Shown here: piece by piece, positions 19,257 through 32,108 of the stretch
Position numbering within the stretch: position 1 is the stretch's first letter
How the letters are laid out: every line of letters starts with the position of its first letter
Assembly (NCBI GenBank): GCA_963833255.1
Contig: CAWHXK010000060.1
Location: forward strand, 33,223-97,222
Direction of reading: 5' to 3'
From: an uncultured Actinomycetes bacterium
GTDB lineage: Bacteria; Actinomycetota; Thermoleophilia; Gaiellales; Gaiellaceae
Length of the DNA: 64,000 nucleotides
Made by a program: the position numbers and the translations under genes
Notes under the pieces: generated by a model
The model's input: the letters and a program-made list of their open reading frames with translations, nothing else
The model's database searches: none
Told to the model about the DNA's origin: nothing

Positions 19257-20846
19257 CTAACGCACCGCTACCGCCAGACAGGTCGCCCAAACGGCCACGA
19301 CAAGCGGCGCGACGGCCACTCCGGGGGCAAGAAGCACGGCCCCGACGAGGAATGCGGCCCCGAGAGCGGCGATCCCCCAGAGCCCGCGTGAGCGGGCGAG
19401 CGGGAGCAGGGCCGCGACGCCTGCGAGCACCAGGGTCTCGACGGCGAGGGCCGGCTGGGCGACGAGGGCAGCCCAGAGGGCGGAGAGGACCGCAAACGGG
19501 TCGCCGCTCGCGACGATCCCGAGATCCGGCGGAGCGGCGCCGTCGAACGGGAGTGGGACACCGCGGATTCCGGCGACGACCCCCGCCACGAGGACGGCCG
19601 CCGCCGCCTGGAGCGCGCGTCGGCCCGGGGACCGGACGGAGAGGGCCGCCAGCGGGAAGAGGGCGAGTGCGGAGATCGGCGCCAGCAGGCAGCCGAGGGA
19701 GAAGAGCAGCCCGCGTTCGGGCTCGCGCCACATCACCGCGAGGAGCGTCCCGGCCAGGCACCCATAGACGACGGCGAGGCCGAGCGCGATGTTCCCGAGC
19801 GGCAGGACGGGCACGGCGAGCGCGAAGGCGAGCCCGAGCCGGGCGTCGAGAAGCGTCGCAGCTGCGGCGAGCCCGCCGAGGCCGAGTGACCAGCCGGCGG
19901 GGAAGAACGGGAGGACCCACGCGGTCCAACCCGCTACGAGAGCAGCGAGGACGGCAGGCACGAGCCGAGGCACCGCGGCCGGAATAGCCAGGGTCTGACC
20001 CCCGCCCTTACGGCCGCGTCGCTTCCGGCCGCCGAGCCGGAGCGCGCCCGCAAGCGCCGCTGCGCTCGGCCGCCGGGCCGGGTCGAGGTCGAGGGCGCGG
20101 TTGACCGCGGCGATGATCGGCTTCGGCAGGTCGGGACGCAGCGTCTCGAGGCCGGGAGCGCCCTCCTCGATCGCGCGGGCGGTCTCGAGCAGCGAGCTGC
20201 GCCAGAAGGGATGGCGTCCCGCGAGTGCCTCCCAGAGCATCACGCCGACCGCCCAGATGTCGGCGGCCTCGGTGGTGAGCGCGCCCGCAAGGCGCTCCGG
20301 CGCGATATAGGCGAGCGTCCCGGGCACGTCGCCCTGGGCGGTCAGAGTCTCGGCCTCCTGGATCTGGGCCAGACCGAAGTCGAGCACCTTCGCGTGGACC
20401 CCGCGGCCCTCCGCCAGCAGGATGTTCGACGGCTTGACGTCACGGTGAACGATCCCGCGCCCGTGAGCGTGCGCCAGGGCCTCGAGGACCTGGGCCGAAG
20501 CCTCGATCGCCGACGCGTCGTCGAGCTCGCCGCTTCGCAAAGCCTCGCGGAACGTGCGACCCGGGACGTACTCGTAGGCGATGTAGACGTGCTGCGAGTC
20601 GCGGCCGAAACCGTAGGCACGCTGACAAGAAGGATGACGGAGGCGCGCGGCCGCCTCGGCTTCCCGCTCTGCTCGGGACGCCGCCTTCCCCTCTCGCGGC
20701 ACGATCTTCAGGGCCACATCGAGCCCGTTCTGCTCGTCGCGGGCGAGCCAGACCGAGCCGGAACCGCCGCTCCCCAGGGGCCTCAACGGCCGGTAGCGGC
20801 CGAGAACGAGGTCACTCTGGACAAGAGCTGAGGCTGCGTTCGACAC
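19257..20846 (-). CDS. Ser/Thr protein kinase fused to a polytopic (about 8 TM) C-terminal membrane domain
   Basis: Hanks motifs (GSGGSGSVW, HRDVKPSN, DFGLA, APE) in the first ~270 aa. A basic linker is followed by ~240 aa of Ala/Leu/Gly-rich TM helices. Only 28 nt upstream of fhaA on the same strand. Confidence 0.8.
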   Translation of the reverse strand: MSNAASALVQSDLVLGRYRPLRPLGSGGSGSVWLARDEQNGLDVALKIVPREGKAASRAEREAEAAARLRHPSCQRAYGFGRDSQHVYIAYEYVPGRTFREALRSGELDDASAIEASAQVLEALAHAHGRGIVHRDVKPSNILLAEGRGVHAKVLDFGLAQIQEAETLTAQGDVPGTLAYIAPERLAGALTTEAADIWAVGVMLWEALAGRHPFWRSSLLETARAIEEGAPGLETLRPDLPKPIIAAVNRALDLDPARRPSAAALAGALRLGGRKRRGRKGGGQTLAIPAAVPRLVPAVLAALVAGWTAWVLPFFPAGWSLGLGGLAAAATLLDARLGLAFALAVPVLPLGNIALGLAVVYGCLAGTLLAVMWREPERGLLFSLGCLLAPISALALFPLAALSVRSPGRRALQAAAAVLVAGVVAGIRGVPLPFDGAAPPDLGIVASGDPFAVLSALWAALVAQPALAVETLVLAGVAALLPLARSRGLWGIAALGAAFLVGAVLLAPGVAVAPLVVAVWATCLAVAVR

Positions 20847-20959
20847 CGACTCTCCAGGGTTGGCGGGGGCGCGGACAAGTCCTTCACCCCGGGGAACGGG
20901 GGAGGTACGGGTTAGAGTGAACGCCGCCTCGGCTGTGATGATCTAGCTGGCGGGCCCCT

Positions 20960-22114
20960 ATGACCGAGCGCGACTCAGACATCGAGTTCGACTTCTTCGA
21001 CGAGCCGGAGACCGAGGAGGCGACGGAGCGCGTCCGCACGCCGCGGCGGCCGCCGCCCGGCGGTCCACGCCGGCCGGTCCGCACGCCCCAGGGGCTGATC
21101 CCGATGCTCCGTCTGGCCGGGCTGATCGCCTTCCTGATCCTCGCGGCCGTGCTGCTCGTCGTCGGCATTCGCAGCTGCGCCTCGAGCAGCAAGCACGACA
21201 AGTACGACGCTTACATCCAGGACACCCGCTCGATTGCGCAGCGATCCGATCAGATCGGCAAGCTCCTGAACCAGGCGCTGTCGGCGACAGGCATCAAGGA
21301 GACCGACCTCGAGTCGAAGATCAGCGGGCTCGCGGTTCAGCAGCAGCAAGTGGTCGCACAGGCCACGCAGCTCAACCCACCGGGACCGCTCCGCGTCGAG
21401 CACGCGCACCTGATCGAAGTGCTGAAACTGCGCGCGAGCGGGCTCAGCCGGCTGGCCGACGCCTTCCGCCTGACGGCGACCGCGAAGGATGCGAACACCT
21501 CCGGCCGCCTCATCGCCGATCAGGCGCGGCTCCTCGCCGCGAGCGACGTGAACTGGGACTTCTACTTCAGAGAGCCGACACGCCTCGAGCTCGCCCACCA
21601 GGGAATCACCGACATCGGCAGCGTTCCCGACTCGAACATCTTCTCGAATCCGGATCTCGCGAGTACCCAAGCGATGGCCGACGTCTGGCGCCGTGTGCAC
21701 GGAGCCGCGACCGGCGGCACACCCGGTGGCAAGCACGGCAGCGCGCTCGTGTCCGTCACGGCACTGCCAGACGGGAAGAGGCTCAAGCCCGGGGTTCCGG
21801 CGAGCGACAACGAGATCACGGCGTCGACCGACCTTGCGTTCCAGGTCGCCGTCATGAACTCGGGCAACTTCCAGGAGACGAACGTCGGCGTGACCCTGAC
21901 GATCCAGAAGTCGCCCAAGTCGATCGTCAAGCGGATGAAGATCGACGTCATCAACACGGGCCAGACGAAGACGGTGACGTTCACGAACATCGACATCAAC
22001 GGCCTGTTCGGACTTCCGACGACCGTGAAGGTCGATGTCCAGCCGGTGCCGGGCGAGACGACGGTGTCGAACAACACCGCCGAATACAAGGTCATCTTCT
22101 CCCTCGGGGGTTAG
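20960..22114 (+). CDS. hypothetical membrane-anchored protein with C-terminal CARDB/Ig-like beta domain
   Basis: Acidic N-terminus, Pro/Arg stretch and one TM helix (LIAFLILAAVLLVVGI). C-terminal VGVTLTIQKSP...KTVTFTNI...VSNNTAEYKVIF is CARDB-like. No recognised family overall. Confidence 0.55.
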   Translation: MTERDSDIEFDFFDEPETEEATERVRTPRRPPPGGPRRPVRTPQGLIPMLRLAGLIAFLILAAVLLVVGIRSCASSSKHDKYDAYIQDTRSIAQRSDQIGKLLNQALSATGIKETDLESKISGLAVQQQQVVAQATQLNPPGPLRVEHAHLIEVLKLRASGLSRLADAFRLTATAKDANTSGRLIADQARLLAASDVNWDFYFREPTRLELAHQGITDIGSVPDSNIFSNPDLASTQAMADVWRRVHGAATGGTPGGKHGSALVSVTALPDGKRLKPGVPASDNEITASTDLAFQVAVMNSGNFQETNVGVTLTIQKSPKSIVKRMKIDVINTGQTKTVTFTNIDINGLFGLPTTVKVDVQPVPGETTVSNNTAEYKVIFSLGG

Positions 22115-22183
22115 CCGATTTCCCTGACGACCGCGGAGTGGATCGCGATCGCAGCCTGCGCAGTCGCGTCGCTCGCGCTGGTC

Positions 22184-22594
22184 GTGGCGGCGCTCGCGTG
22201 GTGGAAGCTGCAGAAGGTGCGCGCGGCACAGCGTGTCCTGCTCGGAGGCGGCAAGGAGGATCTGGTCGACTTCGCCGTCTCACTGCAGGGCCGGATCGAC
22301 GACCTGCATCGAGCGGTGGACGAGATCGCCGCAGGCCTCTCGCGCGTCGACCGCCGGGTCGACACTGCGGTCTCTAAGACCTCACTCGTCCGCTACGACG
22401 CCTATGAAGGAGCCGGAGGCCAGCAGTCGGCCTCGATCGCCCTACTCGATGCCGGGCGGAGCGGTGTCGTGCTCAGTGCGATCCAGGGCCGAGACTACGC
22501 GCGGATCTACGTGAAGGAGCTCGATCACGGCCGTCCTTCGGTGGCTCTCTCCCCGGAGGAGCAGGAGGCCGTCGAGCGGGCAATGGCCGGCTAG
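22184..22594 (+). CDS. DUF4446-like protein
   Basis: LVRYDAYEGAGGQQSASIALLD...GVVLSAIQGRDYARIYVKEL matches my memory of DUF4446. The expected N-terminal TM helix (WIAIAACAVASLALVVAALAWW) lies in frame upstream, with only non-canonical starts available (ATT 22118, CTG 22124). Confidence 0.6.
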   Translation: MAALAWWKLQKVRAAQRVLLGGGKEDLVDFAVSLQGRIDDLHRAVDEIAAGLSRVDRRVDTAVSKTSLVRYDAYEGAGGQQSASIALLDAGRSGVVLSAIQGRDYARIYVKELDHGRPSVALSPEEQEAVERAMAG

Positions 22595-22598
22595 AGGC

Positions 22599-22752
22599 CT
22601 GATGTGAAATTCCGCCGGGCCGGATGACGCACCAGACACGGCGCCGGATCAGCACGTTCGCCCGCGGCACGTAGCGCCGCTACGCACCACGAACGACCGC
22701 ACTGCCCGGCTTGGTCTGGAGCGCCCCCGACGTCGGCCGAATTTCGCATCAG
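22599..22752. repeat. 154-bp intergenic element bounded by a 14-bp imperfect inverted repeat
   Basis: CTGATGTGAAATTC (22599-22612) versus GAATTTCGCATCAG (22739-22752): 13/14 complementary, and the mismatch is G-U compatible. Confidence 0.4.
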
Positions 22753-22790
22753 CCCTCTGGCACCTGTCCCTCAGCTACATTTCGGGCCAG

Positions 22791-23315
22791 ATGCAGCAGG
22801 TTCTGGTTTTGAACGCAAGTTTCGAGCCGCTGAATGTGACATCCGTGCGGCGTGCCCACGTGCTCGTGTTCAAGGGGAAGGCCGAGGTGATCGAGAAGCT
22901 CGACCAGCCGCTTCACTCTGCAACCGACACGTACCCCTGGCCGCACGTGATCAGGCTCGTCGCCTACGTCCGCGTGCCGCGTGCCGTGCAGCGAAAGATC
23001 TCCCGGCGGGCGCTCTTCGCCCGGGACGGGTGGCGTTGCGTCTACTGCGGCACGACCGCGGGGCGCCTGACGCTCGACCACGTGATCCCGAGATCGAGAG
23101 GCGGCGAGTCGGTTTGGGAGAACGTCGTCACGGCCTGCGCGCCGTGCAATCATCAGAAGGGAAACCGGACGCTGGAGGAGGCGCGGATGGAGCTCGTGCA
23201 TCCGCCGAAGGCCCCGGCCCCTGTGCTCTTCATCCGCCTGGCCGCGCCGAAGATCCCGAACGGCTGGCAGCCGTACCTCGCGCACTTCGGCAGCGCGGCG
23301 ACGTCGACCGCCTAG
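22791..23315 (+). CDS. HNH endonuclease (McrA-like, small conserved type)
   Basis: CVYCG...LTLDHVIPRSRGG...NVVTACAPCNHQKGN HNH/Zn-ribbon motif. N-terminal VLVLNASFEPLN is typical of this family. Confidence 0.8.
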   Translation: MQQVLVLNASFEPLNVTSVRRAHVLVFKGKAEVIEKLDQPLHSATDTYPWPHVIRLVAYVRVPRAVQRKISRRALFARDGWRCVYCGTTAGRLTLDHVIPRSRGGESVWENVVTACAPCNHQKGNRTLEEARMELVHPPKAPAPVLFIRLAAPKIPNGWQPYLAHFGSAATSTA

Positions 23316-24016
23316 CTTCGCTCGACCGGCAGGCCGAGCTGCTCCCACTCGCTCCACGAGCCGGGGTAGAGCCTGCCCTCGCGACCGGCGAGGTGTAGAC
23401 GGTGGAGCAGAACGGATGCCGTGACCCCCGAGCCGCAATAGGCGACGAGCTCGCCCTCCGGTAGCTCCGGGGGCGGTTCGTTCCACGGCGCGTTGAGGGC
23501 GCCCGGAATCCGCCCAGGGACGACGTCGATCGGATTCGGCTCGCCGCGCCAGCGCGGCGCAAGTCGCGCGTCCACCACGACGAGCTCCCCGCCTCGGCGC
23601 TCGAGCTCGCCGGCCTCGATCGTGTCGTCGTGACGGGGTCGCGGCGTGAAGTCGGCGGGCTCGATCTCCTCGTCCCCGGTAGTGAGTGGGCCGCGCCAAC
23701 CGTCGAGCTCGAGGACGGCGCAGGCGTCGTGGCCGAAGTGGCGCAGCAGCCACCACAGACGTTCGGCGCCGCCCATGTTGCCGTAGGCGACGACGAAGAC
23801 GCCGTCGCCGATTCCTGCCCGTCCGGCTGCGCGCGCGAACTCGTCCTGCTCCGGCAACGGATGTCGTCCCCGCGGGCCGGGCGTCGCGGACAGGTCGGCG
23901 TCGACGTCGAGGAAGCTCGCGCCCGGAATGTGTCCGGCGCGGTAGAGCTCGCGCCCGCGTCCCGGCTTACCGAGCTCCCACCGGCAGTCAACGAACTGGT
24001 AGCGCAGCGCTACCAG
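23312..24016 (-). CDS. two-domain rhodanese / thiosulfate sulfurtransferase (start unresolved)
   Basis: FVDCRW...AGHIPGASFLDVD and the second domain with the active-site loop YCGSGVTAS. No ATG/GTG/TTG lies in frame near the expected N-terminus, so the 5' limit (CTG 24016) is provisional. Confidence 0.7.
   Translation of the reverse strand: MVALRYQFVDCRWELGKPGRGRELYRAGHIPGASFLDVDADLSATPGPRGRHPLPEQDEFARAAGRAGIGDGVFVVAYGNMGGAERLWWLLRHFGHDACAVLELDGWRGPLTTGDEEIEPADFTPRPRHDDTIEAGELERRGGELVVVDARLAPRWRGEPNPIDVVPGRIPGALNAPWNEPPPELPEGELVAYCGSGVTASVLLHRLHLAGREGRLYPGSWSEWEQLGLPVERS
23996..24016. repeat. 21-bp perfect palindrome at the peptidase/rhodanese junction
   Basis: CTGGTAGCGC-A-GCGCTACCAG: 10-bp arms around one central base. 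It contains the TAG stop of the C39-like peptidase gene. Confidence 0.6.
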
Positions 24017-25161
24017 TTGCCGCTCGAGGGCGGCAGCGACACGGAGGCCGGATGGATCACGTAGACGATCCCGCCGGAGGCCGACATCCAGGCCTTCTCG
24101 AATTGCGTACGGTCGTAGACGTGGCGCACGGTCGCGTCGGTCGCCGAAGCCGGGTCGTAGGAGATGACGTCCCCTCCCGCCGTGAAGCCGCCGATCACAA
24201 GCAGGTGCCCGTCCGTTCCGCGGAAGAGAAACCCGTCGAGCTTCCCTGGCTGAAACGCGATCGAAGCGACGAGCGGGATGCCGACCTTGATGAATTGCTC
24301 CGCTTCCGCGAGGGAGTGCAGCTGCGTCACTTCCGCCTCGAGCCCGAAGTGTGCCGCATAGGCGGTGTTGAATGGCCAGTTGCCCGCGCCGTTGTAGTGG
24401 TAGTCGAACGTGTAACGCGCCGCGTAGTCGACCCACGGGTCGACGACGTTCGGGTAATCCCCGTACACGTAGGCGTAGTCGCTGCGCACGGGCCCGCGGC
24501 CCCAGTAGGCGACAACCATCGACGTCGAGGTCGGGCTGCACCAGGCTTCGCCGCCGCCGTCGAACTGTGGGTATTCACCGGCGTGGATCTCCTGCGAATA
24601 CGACGGCAGATGCAGATCAATCGCCCTCGTCATCGTCGTCACGCTCGGCACGTACGGGTTCGAGTTGATCGGATCCGACGCGACCGCGCCGATCCGCGTG
24701 AGGCGCGGTGTCGCCGACGAGCCTGCGACGCGGTAGAGCGTGACGCGCAGCTGGTATGACGTCAGCGGGTGATCCTTCGCGAAGAAGGTGTCGATGGAGA
24801 CGAAGCCGTCGGCGTCCCCTTGCCCGCCGACCGACGTCCGCTGGATATCGCCGTCGCCGAACGCCCAGCGACCCATCGTGTACCACTTGGTCGTCGTGCC
24901 GCGATCCATCGTCGCGTGCATGTCGATCTGGATCCATGTGCCCGCCGGCGTGTCGGCGTTCCAGGACGACACGAGCTCCGTGAATCCGAAACCCGCCTGA
25001 AACCAGGGCGACGTCCACGCGCCGGCGGGCGCGTTGTCGAACGTCACGCCCGCCTTCGGCAGCGCGAACGCGTGGTAGCTCACGTGGTACGGCTGCGCTG
25101 CGCCCGCGGGCGCAGCCAGGAAGAGCGCCACCGTGAACGCAGCGAGTGTGCCTCGGACCAC
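24010..25161 (-). CDS. secreted peptidase C39-like (papain-fold) domain protein
   Basis: GTG 25161 gives the signal peptide VVRGTLAAFTVALFLAAPAGAAQ. The C-terminal half (GGGEAWCSPTSTSMVVAYW ... GHLLVIGGF) resembles the Peptidase_C39_2 Cys/His arrangement. Confidence 0.65.
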   Translation of the reverse strand: MVRGTLAAFTVALFLAAPAGAAQPYHVSYHAFALPKAGVTFDNAPAGAWTSPWFQAGFGFTELVSSWNADTPAGTWIQIDMHATMDRGTTTKWYTMGRWAFGDGDIQRTSVGGQGDADGFVSIDTFFAKDHPLTSYQLRVTLYRVAGSSATPRLTRIGAVASDPINSNPYVPSVTTMTRAIDLHLPSYSQEIHAGEYPQFDGGGEAWCSPTSTSMVVAYWGRGPVRSDYAYVYGDYPNVVDPWVDYAARYTFDYHYNGAGNWPFNTAYAAHFGLEAEVTQLHSLAEAEQFIKVGIPLVASIAFQPGKLDGFLFRGTDGHLLVIGGFTAGGDVISYDPASATDATVRHVYDRTQFEKAWMSASGGIVYVIHPASVSLPPSSGNW

Positions 25162-25261
25162 GGCGCGATCGTACGGCTCGCGGCCCCAGGGGTCAACGCC
25201 TCGATACAGAGCCGAGGTCGGCGCCGCCACGCGTGCGACGACCCCCGATTCCTGCGTGAGT

Positions 25262-25561
25262 TCAGACGAGCTCTTTTGCCCGCTCCGCGTACGACTCGAC
25301 GGCGCGTTGGCGCTCGCGAATCGGGATCTCTGCTCGCCGGTAGCCATAGACGTAGTGGAACGTCAGGCCGATCCCCCAGCCGACGAGCGGGAAGACGACC
25401 CACGGGAAGTTCACGTCGGTGTACGCGATCAGCAGCGAGTTCAGGACGATGAGCCCTGTCATCACCAGCGCATAAACCGTCGCATGGATCTTGAAGCCCC
25501 GCTTCGACTCGGCCAGGGAGTAGCCGAACTCCGCCTCCCGGTACTGCTCGGCGGTCAACAT
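25262..25561 (-). CDS. 2TM-domain membrane protein
   Basis: ATG 25561. KRGFKIHATVYALVMTGLIVLN ... FPWVVFPLVGWGIGLTFHY is the typical 2TM-domain pattern. Confidence 0.55.
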   Translation of the reverse strand: MLTAEQYREAEFGYSLAESKRGFKIHATVYALVMTGLIVLNSLLIAYTDVNFPWVVFPLVGWGIGLTFHYVYGYRRAEIPIRERQRAVESYAERAKELV

Positions 25562-25704
25562 GGCATGAACCCCCTTTCCTCGGCCATCGTCGCTCAACTG
25601 CGCGCCACAGTGCATCCGGGCCGCGACCGATTCGACCTCAGGGCCTTCACCGATGCGGAGCACGCCCGCTCGCATGACACTTGATCCAACGAGAGGAAGA
25701 TGAC

Positions 25705-25965
25705 ATGACAACGGTTCCTCACGAGCGTCCCTCTTCGGCTCGAAGGTCCGTGTGGCTCGAGGCTCGAGACCTGTGGGCGTCACTGGCGATCAGCGTGATC
25801 TGGCTCGCGGTGCTGTTCACAGCGGTGTTCGGGCCAGACCTCGTCGCAAGGAGTAACGACGGCAATTTCACGACGATTCCGTCCGGAATCGGCGTCGCAT
25901 TCTTCGCCTTGTTCGCGACGATGTCGGTAGCCAAGTACGGCTTCGGCAAGACGACCGACAAGTGA
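25705..25965 (+). CDS. small hypothetical membrane protein (2 TM)
   Basis: ATG 25705 is preceded by GAGAGGAAG. Two hydrophobic helices. No recognised family. Confidence 0.4.
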   Translation: MTTVPHERPSSARRSVWLEARDLWASLAISVIWLAVLFTAVFGPDLVARSNDGNFTTIPSGIGVAFFALFATMSVAKYGFGKTTDK

Positions 25966-25997
25966 CCGACGCTCGGAGCCATCGAAGGAGGTCGGCC

Positions 25998-26183
25998 ATG
26001 CTCAGCCGCTACGAGTACAAGGTCATCGACACAGGCGGGGACATCGAGCGACAGCTCAACGACCTCGGCGCGGACGGCTGGCGAGTCGTCGGCGTGACCA
26101 CGAAGAAGCAGCTACTGATCGCGCCGCCCGCCGCCATCATCCTGATGCGCGAAGTGCAACCAGCCGCCGCGAGAGCCGCGTGA
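25998..26183 (+). CDS. DUF4177-like small protein
   Basis: ATG 25998 is preceded by GAAGGAGG. YEYKVID...LNDLGADGWRVVGV resembles DUF4177. Confidence 0.5.
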   Translation: MLSRYEYKVIDTGGDIERQLNDLGADGWRVVGVTTKKQLLIAPPAAIILMREVQPAAARAA

Positions 26184-26377
26184 CGTCGGGCTGAGTAGCT
26201 CGTCGGGCGCGGATTCCGGTGAGGGGCCACGTAGAGCCGCAGCCCCTCGCCGTGTCTAACCGGCCCGGGCTCCAGCTTGCCGTCATCCGGCGGCTCTACT
26301 AGTCTCGGGCGCTCGATGGTACGCCCGCCGACGAGCAGCATCACCCTCTTTACGCTCGGCCTGCGCGTCCTTACGCG

Positions 26378-26414
26378 CTAGCCGGCGTTTCGTTCCTCCG
26401 CCGACGCCGGCTAG
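26378..26414 (+). promoter_or_regulatory. 10-bp perfect inverted repeat with 17-nt loop, 40 nt upstream of gltB
   Basis: CTAGCCGGCG (26378-26387) / CGCCGGCTAG (26405-26414). The loop TTTCGTTCCTCCGCCGA contains CCTCC. Confidence 0.4.
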
Positions 26415-26453
26415 GTCGCAACAGCAGGCGGGAAGTCCACACTCGAACCAGGG

Positions 26454-30694
<4,241 letters not shown>

Positions 30695-30698
<4 letters not shown>

Positions 30699-32108
30699 CC
30701 GGGCGCCGGCTCGGGCGCAGCGCCGGGCACGACGGGAGCAGGCGCCGTGCGCGCGTGCCCGTGCGAAAGGCCGAGATGACCGTGCGCCTCGGTCCCGTAG
30801 CCGCCGGGAACCGGAATGTAGAACTCGGGGTAGCCCCACATGCCGTGCTCCGAGACGTCCAGACCGGCCGTCTCCGTTTCCGGCTCGACCCGGATGCCCC
30901 ACACTCGCTTCATCACCCAGAGCGAGCCGAAGCAGGCGGAGAAAGTGAAACGCGCCGACGGTGACGAGGCCGAGCGTCTGGACGCCGAGCTGGTGGAAGG
31001 AGCCCGTGTAGACGAGGCCGCCCGTTCCGGTGTTGAGGTTGGCCGCCAGCGCAGGCACTGCGAACAGGCCGGTTGCGAGCGTTCCCCAGACGCCTGACAT
31101 CCCGTGCACGGCGACTGCGCCGATCGGGATCGTCGATCCCGATCCGCTCGACGAACAGGACGCCTGCGACCGCGATCCAGCCCGATACTACGCCGATCAC
31201 GATCGCGGCCCACGGCGCAACGAATCCCGAGGCGGCGGTGATCGCGACGAACGCCGCGAGGACGCCGTTCAGCATCATCGAGATGTCGGGCTTGCGCAGG
31301 ATCAACCACGCGCTCGCGAGGCCGCCGATCGCGCCGGCCGCTGCGGCGATGTTCGTCGTCAGCGCGACATAGCCGAAGTAGCCGATGCGATCGCCGGTGA
31401 CGACGCCGAACGTCGAGCCCGGGGTTGAATCCGAACCACCCAAACCAGAGGATGATCGTCCCGAGGACGGCGTACGGCATGTTGTGGCCCGGGATCGCGT
31501 TCGCACGTCCCGTCACGGCCGAACTTTCCGATCCGCGGCCCGAGCAGGAGCGCGCCTGCGAGTGCGGCGAGCGCGCCCTGGTAGTGCACGACCGTAGAGC
31601 CGGCGAAATCCTGCATGCCCTTGCCGAACAGCCAACCGCCGGCGTGCCAGACCCAGTGCGACGTGACGGAGTAGATGAGCGTGAAGACGACGCCGAACGC
31701 CGGGTAGACCCACAGCTTCGCCCGTTCGGCCATCGCACCCCACACGATCGCGAGCGAGACGCCCGCGAAGACGACCTCGAAGAGGTAGCCGCTGGCCGCG
31801 GGGATTCCAGTGAAGAACGAATAAGGCGCCTGGCCGATCGCGAGCAGCTCGTTGCTGGAGGGGAAGAAGCCGCTCGTCCCGACGAAGCTGTTGCCGTCTC
31901 CGAAGGCGATCCCGAAGCCGACCGCCTAGTAGACGAGCGAGCAGACGGCGAAGATGAGGACGTTCTTGCCGGCGATGTGCGCCGCGTTCTTCATGCGCGT
32001 GAGGCCGGCCTCCAGGAAGGCGAAGCCCGCCTGCATGAACATCACGAGGATCGCCGCGAGGACGACCCAGATCGTGTTCGCCGCGATCAGTAGATCCTTG
32101 TTCGGCAT
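30695..32108 (-). pseudogene. amt: ammonium transporter Amt, four frame breaks plus in-frame TAG
   Basis: Amt sequence ([52 protein letters not shown]) is spread over three frames. TAG at 31926-31928 interrupts [13 protein letters not shown]. Confidence 0.85.

Noticed and set aside
18620-19987. 455-aa plus-strand ORF and 308-aa minus ORF (19003-19929), both extremely Arg/Pro-rich
   Set aside because: They lie antisense to, or out of frame with, fhaA and the 19257-20846 kinase. The composition is not protein-like.
22749-23756. 335-aa minus ORF antisense to the HNH endonuclease gene
   Set aside because: Arg-rich shadow frame. HNH and rhodanese explain the region.
31926-31928. In-frame TAG in amt (and TAG 37772-37774 in the permease) as pyrrolysine or stop-codon recoding
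   Set aside because: TAG is used as an ordinary terminator by several intact genes here (sufD, glnK, the C39-like peptidase). No pyl genes or PYLIS-like context are seen. Both host genes also carry multiple frameshifts.
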